A stretch of 64,000 nt of DNA from the human T2T-CHM13v2.0 reference genome, Homo sapiens: NCBI RefSeq assembly GCF_009914755.1, contig NC_060937.1; one strand, given 5' to 3'. Position 1 is the stretch's first letter, and each line of letters opens with the position of its first letter. This document shows positions 54,401-64,000 of the stretch, in pieces. The notes below the pieces were generated by a model. The model did not search any database. It was not told the DNA's origin and saw nothing but the letters and a program-made list of their open reading frames with translations. The translations under genes and the position numbers were made by a program.

Positions 54401-55147
54401 TGCCATTCCATTATGCTATTATGTTTTCAGGGAAACTTCTAATCATCTTGAGTTTTAGTATCCAACTTCTTACTTAGGGAGATGTCCTTACCCAGTTGGC
54501 CTTCATGTATGGAAACTTCTATTAGACTCTGGTAGTAAGTCAAAGCAAGATGGAAAACCTTTACATTAGAAACTTAGTGCAGATAGGTTTAAAACAGTAT
54601 CATTCAGAACAACGAACACTCAAAGAGATAATGATAGTGTTCTTCGTAATTGTAATAATAATAACAAAATTCCCATACCACTGTAGGGATTCGCAGGCTA
54701 GTAATAGAAAAAAATGCCTTCCACTGAAGCAGTGGTAAATTTTTCTTCAAAGTGCTACTATTCTGGATATCAGCAGAAGCAGCTTTGGGAATTTATTTAA
54801 ATACACCGTGCAAGGGAACTCATTAGCTATACAAGGCCCTTCCAGCCTATACCTCCAACGGCCACTAAGAACTTGCCTATACATAAGAGACGTTTCCAAA
54901 CATCATAGGTGTTGTTCCAAATGGTTATTTTCTCATTTTCACTTGGATTCATGTTGTACAGTAAGAGAGACTGAGATATATTTGAGGCCAGATTCACTAA
55001 GCATTTATTGACTGCCTTCTCTGTGGAAGGTATTTTTTGGGCAAAGAACTTGGGACTTTCATGATTTTGAATTATAAATGGCTCCAAGGAAAACCCACAA
55101 TGATGTCTCCAGTGTTGGCTCACTGAAATAGAATTGAATTTGTGAGG

Positions 55148-55571
55148 TGTGTTAGTCCGTTTTGCATTGCTATAAAGGAATACCTGAGGCTGGGTAATTT
55201 GTAAAGAAGAGAGATTTATTTGGTGCATGGTTCTACAGGCTGCACCAGAAGCATAGTGCTGGCATCTGCTTCTGGTGGGACCTCAGGAAGCTTACAATCC
55301 TGACAGAAGGCAAAGGGGGAGCAGATGTGTCACACAGTGAGAGAGGGAGCAAGAGGGAAGGGAGGAGGTGACAAGCCATTTAAACAACCAGTTCTCCCCT
55401 AATCTAATAGAGCAAGAACTCACTTGTTACCAGGACGTGGCCACAAGCCATTCATGAGGGATCTACCCATCTACCCCCATGACTCAGATACCTCCCACTA
55501 GGCCCACCTCCAACATTGGGGATCATATTTTAACATAAGACCTGGAGGGGACAAACATCCAAACTATATCA
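55148..55571 (-). mobile_element. MSTA (MaLR) solo LTR
   Basis: tgtgttagtccgttttgcattgctataaaggaatacctgaggctgggtaattt...ggacaaacatccaaactatatca. 5-bp TSD tgagg/caagg. Confidence 0.92.
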
Positions 55572-55581
55572 CAAGGGACAT

Positions 55582-55980
55582 TGTATCAGTCGACTATTGC
55601 CATGTAATATGCCACTCCAAGCCAATATTCATGAATTCTCATACATGTGTCTCTGCTGGCCAGCTTGGAATCAGTTGATCTGGGTGGTGCTAAGCTGGAC
55701 TTACCTCCATGAAGGCTGGTATGGGGCTAATCCTTGTGTATTTTATGCCTTAGAGCTGGCTCTTCTTTTGTTAAACAGCAGATGTGCAAGCAGTCAAGGC
55801 CAACATCTGAGCACAGTTCAAGCAATTGTGCCAAAATCCAATACAAACTACCTGGCTGAGACTGACATCAAGTAATCAAGTAGCATTCCCCACTAGGGGG
55901 ACAGGCTACAAAGTCCCACAGCAAGCGATGTGGATACCAGACAGGATAAAGAATTGGAGCCCATAAGTCAATTTTCATAT
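55582..55980 (-). mobile_element. Old MLT1 (H/I/J-like) fragment
   Basis: tgtatcagtcgactattgcc..gttgatctgggtgg..tacaaagtcccacagcaa..gataaagaattggagcc. Confidence 0.5.
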
Positions 55981-56948
55981 ATACTTTCTAGAAAATGGTT
56001 AAATCCTCATAACCGTTTTGTGCCTAAAATTAGAGTGTCCATCATTAGGCATGTGCCGATCCCTTAGAAACTTTAGCTAAGTATGTTTCTCTAAGATTTC
56101 AAAAATTATCACACATAATTTAAGTACTACAAATTTCCTTATGAAAAAATGGCCATTACTTTTATATAACAATGAATCTTAACTGAAAATTAGACCTTTG
56201 TCTACATATTAGGCTTATGGAAAATCCCGTTTAAAGCAAGATTGGCAGAAACTAACTTGCCTGCTCTCTGAGGTTAGGGATTATTCTGAAATCTTTATCA
56301 TCATGCTTTGTCCAGTGCTTGATGTAGAATAGATGCCCGAGAAAGATTTGTTTACTGAAAGACTGAAAACAGAATTACTGAACATCTCAGAGGCTGCCTC
56401 TTTGTTTATAATCCTTGCTTTTTATTAGTTACCACTTGATCTGTTCTTAGCTTGTAGGTTTGCTCTGACTCATAGGGTCAAGACTCCTACCCTGTGTGCT
56501 TGGTTATTGCCCATGTCTGGGAAGATATTTTATCTGTGAAATGAGAATTTGCCACTCTTCCCAATATAGTTGGTCAGATATGGAATTTGTGTCTGTATTG
56601 TTTTAAGGCCCTTTGGGCCAGCATTTATATGCCTTTGCCACTAACGTGTTTGTGTGTTTGCTTGTTTTGTGACTTTGTTTCAAAAAGAAAACAATGTACA
56701 GAGCATTACCTCCTCTCCTGTTCAGGACAGTCAACTCAGTTCCCTCTCTTTACCCTTTCTTCCTGTTACTATCTTACTTGAAAAGATGCACAACTAGAAA
56801 CTGGGATGGTCTTTTGTCTGGCACCAAACCATGACCCTACTTTCAGATTTTGCTATTTTCAATCTAAATGGCTGAGTTGTTAATTCAGTTTATCAACCTC
56901 TCTTCTCCTCATTCCCCTTTCTACATATTTGACTCTTTATATATTTGA

Positions 56949-57283
<335 letters not shown>

Positions 57284-58224
57284 TTATATATTATCAATGA
57301 ATTTTTAAAAATCTTACTTCTGGAAAATAATTCATTCTTTCTGAATCTTTTAAAAATACACTGAAAATAATATAATTGCTTTTGAATACAGCTTTATAAA
57401 AGTCTCCTCCCAGCCTCTCATAACAGATCTTGAGTGAAATCTGAAATTAGGTAAGGCCACCTTAACATGTTATAAAGAGCCATCAGAATATGGCAAGTCC
57501 CGCACTGATTTAAGATATTCCCAGTCACGGGGAGTGTTTTCCATGCATTTGCAGAGTTAAAATGCAATAACCTTAGCCAGTTCATTAGTCATCCAGAGCT
57601 TTAATAATTATCATCATCACAACTAATGAAAATATCTTTTGTTAAAAGCTTATAGCTACCAGGTATAGTGATGAGCACTTTCTACACACCATTTCCATTG
57701 ATTCTGATAACCACTCAGTGAACTAGAAAGTAAAGCTGATTTACAGTGGACAAACCAAGGATTTGTACTGGTTATATATTGAGCCAGCTAGTTATGTAGA
57801 ATGGAATAGTGGAGACATAAACCCAGGCTGACATCAGAGCCTAAGATGCTATGATAGTTTCGTGAACTACCCTTTTCAGCTGTTTTTTGCTTTGCTACAT
57901 TAAAACGATGGAAGGCAAAAATTTCTACTCACCTCCTAGAACATTTGAGGATTGAGACTTCGCCCTTCAAGGAAGAAACACTAGCTGATGAGTTGCTGAC
58001 AATTTGGATGCCAAGGGTTCTGAGTATAATGGGCCATCCACTCTGCAAGAACAAAGAAAAACACAATTTCAAGAGAGCTGAAGTTCCTCTAAGAGAAAAA
58101 GATTCCCCCAGAATGAAAGTAAGTCAGAAGAAAGCAACTGAGAAGGAGGAGGTGAACAGGGACAGAAGCCTTGTCCCAAAAAGTCAGCTTAGCAAAGGAC
58201 AATTCTGAAGGGAATGGGTTAAAG

Positions 58225-58495
58225 GCAGTAAGTAAAAGTTTTAAACAGCAATGACTCTGAAGCCAGCCTCCCTTGGATCAGACCCCAATTTCACTATTTA
58301 CGAGTTTTGTGACCCTTGACAAGTTACTTAATCTCTGTGCTACTCAACCACTACCTCAGTTTTCCCTTCTATAAAGTAGGAATAATATTAACATCTACCT
58401 TATATGGTTCTGAGGGTTAAATGAATTGATACCCATTAAGTTATTAGGATAGTGCCTGGTTCAGTGTGTTTAGTAGGTGTCAGTCCTTATTATTC
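58225..58495 (+). mobile_element. MIR, near complete
   Basis: gactctgaagccagcctccct..tgtgacccttgacaagttacttaatctctgtgc..cctcagttttcccttctataaagtaggaataata. Confidence 0.82.
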
Positions 58496-58948
58496 ATATG
58501 GTATTTGACCTCTTTGGAGTTGGGTGGGGCCATATCATTATCCGCCCAAAGCAGAAACATGTCCCATGATCTGCTCTCACATCTTGTGCTTGCCCCAGCA
58601 AATCATTCCAGTGAGGCTCAGAAAGGACTCATTCCAGAAGAATCCAACTGTGCACCTGTAGCCTCCCAGCAGGAACAGCTTCTGGCCATGCTACAAGAGC
58701 TCTGCTGTGCCCCTTTCATAATTCCAAGAACAGAAAGCCTGTTTAACTCAAAAGCCAAATGATCAACAACAGAAACCCCAGGGCCCCTTTCTTCTGGCCC
58801 CCACTTCTATTTCACTCAGTTCCCTCATCTGAAAAATAAAACCACTGCCCACCTCACAGTATCATGATGAGCTCCTTTTTATTAAATGACAGAACAAATA
58901 AAAAGGAGCTAGCACAGTGCCTGACATACAGTAGATAGTTTAAAAATA

Positions 58949-59264
58949 CAGTCATCCCTTGATATCTGTATGGATTGGTTCCAGAACCTCCCTCAGATCC
59001 CAAAATCAGCGATGCTAGAGTCCCTGATGTAAAGGGGTGTAGGATTTGCATATAACCTATGCACATCCTCCTATATACTTCACATCATTTCTAGATTACT
59101 TATAATACCAAATACAATGTAAATGCTATATAAAGAGTTGTTGTATAGTGAATAATGACAAAAAATCTGTACATGTTCAATACTGATACATTTTTTTCAA
59201 ATGTTTTTGATCTGCAGTTTGTTGAATCCGTGGTGTGGAACCCATGGGTACAGAGGGCCGACTG
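58949..59264. mobile_element. MER2 (TcMar-Tigger) MITE
   Basis: Terminal inverted repeats cagtcatccct.. / ..agggccgactg with TA duplication at 58947-58948 and 59265-59266. Confidence 0.9.
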
Positions 59265-59752
59265 TATTCATTTCTTTCCTTCTTTCCTTAAGCTACAGAC
59301 AGCCCTTACTAAACACTGTTAAGGGACTAATGGCTTAAGGTAAAAAGACTAGTGGGAAGTGGGGAATTAGTTCTGTCATTAAGCCACTGCTCCTATACCA
59401 TATCTACTGATTTATTCTTTCCCCAAATGTGTGTTTTTCTAAATGTAGATAGGTCAGAAAAAATGGCTTCAATATAGGAATTAAATGAGTATAATAATAG
59501 TAATAATCACTAATAATATCTAGCTTCAGAAGTGTAAGAAAATTGGCTTGTTTCTTTAATAGAAAAGTCTACGGTTTTCTTTTTTGGTCCCTAGAAAACT
59601 GAATCATGATTTATTCCTGTGTGTTAGGAGGGGATCTGTTCTGCTAAAATCATTAGATTTATTTAAGTTCACACAACAGAAGGAGACATTCTGGAGGCTC
59701 TTTTTCATTGTTAAATGAGCACCTATGTGGTAGTGTCACAGATGAAGGAGAT

Positions 59753-59813
59753 AAAGGCACTTTGAGGAATAAAAGAGAAAAGGCACTTTGAGGAATAAAA
59801 GAGAAAAGGCACT
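59753..59813. repeat. Perfect 26-bp tandem duplication
   Basis: (aaaggcactttgaggaataaaagaga)x2 + aaaggcact. Confidence 0.95.
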
Positions 59814-60454
59814 AGCATAAAAATTAATCAGATTAAGTGTATTAGTAGATAGAGATCTGCAATCTGTTTTCTACACCCCCTGTGTGACAACATGATGAAG
59901 GTAATCAGGAAAACTACTGGAGAGGGCCCACAGTTTAAAGACCAATATGCTAGAAACAAAGGCTTCCCTGAAGTACTCTTTATGATGCTACACCTAACTC
60001 TCAGCAGGACAGCTAATTTCTCACACCAATCAGTCCATTGCAAGAAATGCTGAGGTGGAAAAAAAAATCCCTGCTGCACACTTTCCTGTCTTTCCCCAGA
60101 TTCTAAATCTTCACACTGAAAATAATTTGCAAGCACAGGCATCTCTGAGATTCAATGGATTTTCCCTACCACCCCTCTTTGTTCCTTCAATCCTAGAGGG
60201 ATGCTCCAAGCAGACAGGAAATGTGACCCAGAAGTGTGGCGACATATTTTTGTCTTGTTTCAGGAAGATGAGTGTTTCTCAGTCTCCTCTAGTTGAACTC
60301 ACACATTCCATCTTTGGAGAAAGTTTTAAACAGTTCCGGCTTATTCAGAGTCCTTCTTAGGACCAGTTTAGGAAGCTGCCTGCAGGGACACAATGGCTGT
60401 GGTGGGCACAGCACTTTGAATACATACCTTCAGGGATGGGAGTATGCTACTGAT

Positions 60455-60766
<312 letters not shown>

Positions 60767-63700
60767 AGCTACTGATATTTTCTTATCATGACTTCCTGGG
60801 CAAGATTTTTTGTTACCAATCAATATCCATCCTAACCCAGGTCACACTTCAAGAATCTATTTAAACGATCCTATACCGACTAACAGCTTGATAGAATATA
60901 ATCACATAAACTTCAAATTAGTTATAATTTTTCCCTTTGAATATAAAATGTTATTTAAAGTCTTCCTAACAAAATAAATGAAAAATATGTGGATATTCCA
61001 CAGAAATCTCTATATCTAGGCAGCCTTTACCTAAGTGAAACCAGTCACAGAAAATGTATCCATATTAACCAATAATTATTGATTTACTTTCATTTATCAA
61101 TAATTCATTTATTTCCATATTGAAACAGGATTTAAGGGTAAGGAAATCAGGGATGATTAAAGTAAAATGTCTTGGGTTCAAACTGACACCAAGAAGCCTA
61201 AACATGCTCAGAGATGCCATTAGTCAATATGGAAAATGTGGGCAATCTAGGAAAAACCTGTTGTCTTCCTACTCCAACCCTGAGCAGCCCTGTGGGCCAA
61301 GAGTTTGTTGAACAGAAGTAGGGGGGTCTAAATTTCAGACCCCATGTTCTACCTCAGCCAGGTGCATTTTTACATTTCACAAACAATTCAGTCACCGAAA
61401 GCAGCCCAGGCCACATTCTACAGCAGAGTGAGAGCAGATCAGTAATGAGTCCTTGCTTAATAACAGAAACTGTCTTGCAGGTGAATCTTTGAAAAGGTGG
61501 CCTCTCCTTCATCCTTGTGGTTATTCAAGTGAAAGTGAAAGGTTTCCCTGTCATGACATAAAACTGAGCAAAAAACAATCACCATATCTCTTGCCAACTT
61601 TGTCTCCTTGACTCAGGAAGATTTTAAATATAGAACAAATACTGCTTGCATCAGTAGCAATCCAGCCTCTATGTCACTATTGGATTAATAATGCTTTAGG
61701 ATACATATCTCCAATATGAAAGGCTCTATCTAGCACACCAAATACCCTGATACAAGAACACTTCCTACTGTAGGCATGGCTATAGTAGTATATACTCAGT
61801 GTAATAGATGAGCAGTTATATTCTTTAGATATATAGAATAAATTTTATCTTTTGAAATGAAAATTCTAACACATTACTCTTCACAAGAAAAAAAGTCATA
61901 ATCAGTTAAGACATTAGAACCCACCCAAATAATTTCTTCTGAATCATCTCTCTATTTGCTCGACTTCTCCCTTGCCCCCATGCTCCCACTGTCTGTAGTT
62001 ACCAGATAGTAAACATGAATGCTGAATCAAGAATGAAAGAAAAACAGAAACATATATTTATGTAAACTTGTATTGATTCAACTAGGGAGAAACCCCACAG
62101 CTTTCAAGGCCTGAGTCACAAATCATTGTGATCAGAAATGCTGATGTGCTAGGAATGCACAAGTATTTTTGCTTATTATCATGGCCCAGGCCTGTTGCAG
62201 AGCAAGAGTTAAGCTGAAAAACAGTAAATATGGTTTTAAGCTTCCATTTATCAGGCAATATTTTGGGAAAGGGAGGACACAGTGGTGATGAGTCCAGGCT
62301 TGTATATTGAGCTCTACACTCAGTCACCAAAAGATCCACATTTGGGAAAATCAGAGGGAGGTCACACCACCTTTCCAAACAAGAGAAAACTCTGTTCTTC
62401 CCAAGATGACCTGAAATGTTCTAATTATTGGTTATTCCCTCTGGTCGGTGATGCAGCCAACAAGCACGTAGAGTTCAGTGAACCCACAAGCGCACAGCTG
62501 TTATCTTTGACTTATGGCCAAAACAAAAATTGGAACAGAATTTACTCAGACAAGTGTAAAGGCTTCTGTTTAAAACAGCTATTTTCTAAGCCAGATAAAC
62601 AGCTTTGAAATGGAGAAGAAATGAATCCTTTCCTAGAATGTCTGAACCAAAGTGAGGTCAGCATCTTGAAGACAAGATGTTAACATAGATTACCCACACG
62701 GCTGCACAAGTCTCCCAAAGCATGAGACAGCCTCCACACCTCTGAGTTATCTGTAACTTTTTTTTTTTTTGGGGGGTCAACTTTTTGTGTTTTGGAAACA
62801 ACTTTCTGCATTTGGGAAAGGTGGCTATGTTTAGTTAGTTGGTGACATAAAACATTAAGAACAGAGAATTGCTGTCCTGGAAGCTTCTGTGAGCCAGCAA
62901 TTGCATAGGCTAGTGGCCTCTTTGGCCAGTAGCATCAGAGGCTCTTATGTGGCAGTTTGAGGGCAGAAAGAAACAGAGTGGTATTACTGTGGGCTTGAGT
63001 TAGTGATTCCGGCCTTTGAATTTCCACTAAGAAACATTAGCAAATACCCAATTTTTTATAGGTGGCAAAGGGACTGGTAAGAAATAGCTGGTAGGAGAAG
63101 CAGGGAAAAATCACCCTCCCAGTTACCTACACAAATACTGTGTGTCTGTGCTAATCTGGCAATCCATCTTACAATCACCAAACAGTGCAGAGCAAGGAAG
63201 CAATTCGCACTGCAATAGTGCTCCTCAGAGCTTTTCATAGCTTGATGCCTATTGCAGCTGCTTATATTGTACCAGCAGGTGGGTATAAAATAGCAGATTC
63301 CGGAGCCTACAAAAGCCGTGTCCCAGGGTAGAAGAGGAGATGATTTTTTTTCCAGTAGAGTGAATATGCATATCAATGTACCTGAATGGAGAGCTGGGTC
63401 CTGGTGAGCTGTCATCAGCACCAAATCTGTCTGTACTTCCATCTCAAGTGGTCTATTTGAGCGATAACAAGGCTTATGTAGCAAGGGTTTAAAAAGCCTG
63501 CTTCTCTCTTGATTCTAGGGGGTTTACAGACTACGTCTGCAGTGCGGACAGCCTTGAGCCCACTATCAACATTCATTCATTCCCAAATTCTCTCTGCACT
63601 CATCATTTGCAGCAATAATAAAATCTCACCAGTTTGGAAGTCCTGGGTTTTCTAGAATAGTAAGCACCAAGTATCCAGACATTGTAAGAACAATTATAAC

Positions 63701-64000
63701 TACATGGCATCGTGGCCTGTTCTAATATACTCTATCGTTAAGGCAGTCAGCTGCTTAATTAGTGTCAACTTCATACCCAGTGGGCAGGGATAGTTATCAG
63801 AAGCCCACTGAACAAATGGACGGGACGTTTCAAACCTTCGAGCATCAAGCTTCTCCAAAAATAACAAGAAGTGACAGCTGAAGTCATGCTTAACAGAATT
63901 GGTTTAAAAATGTGAAATGGTTTTTAAAAGCAGCACTGCCTTCATATTGGGTGTGAATGAGGCTTTGTATGAAATATTATAGGAGGGGAAATCCCTAATA

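Noticed and set aside
63056-63484. 142-aa minus-strand ORF in unique DNA
   Set aside because: Non-ATG start, no recognisable motif, no convincing flanking splice pair, and a length within chance expectation.

Overview
Primate (human-like) non-coding genomic DNA, AT-rich and roughly half interspersed repeats. I find no supportable protein-coding gene: the ORFs in the track are L1 remnants, Alu or LTR read-throughs, low-complexity artefacts or chance frames. Main contents: the 5' half of an L1PB-type LINE (minus, 1-3181); a 1.84 kb solo LTR12/ERV9 with a higher-order CCAAT array and CTAT target-site duplication (TSD); a full-length old L1MA9/10-like LINE with a recognisable 17-bp TSD; solo LTRs (MER50, MER21, MLT2D, MLT2A1, MSTA, several MLT1); 13 Alus including two nested or chimeric pairs; MER2/MER3/MER5 DNA transposons; L2/MIR/L3 relics; and a processed U7 snRNA pseudogene. 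I see no evidence of a new multi-component biological system. The best leads are a multi-template insertion scar in L1 ORF2, candidate lncRNA exons on both strands (possibly LTR12- or MLT2A1-driven), a U7 copy with ancestral-looking bases, and a perfect 17-bp-arm palindrome. Subfamily calls come from recalled consensus sequences rather than a database search, and boundaries of old repeats are approximate.
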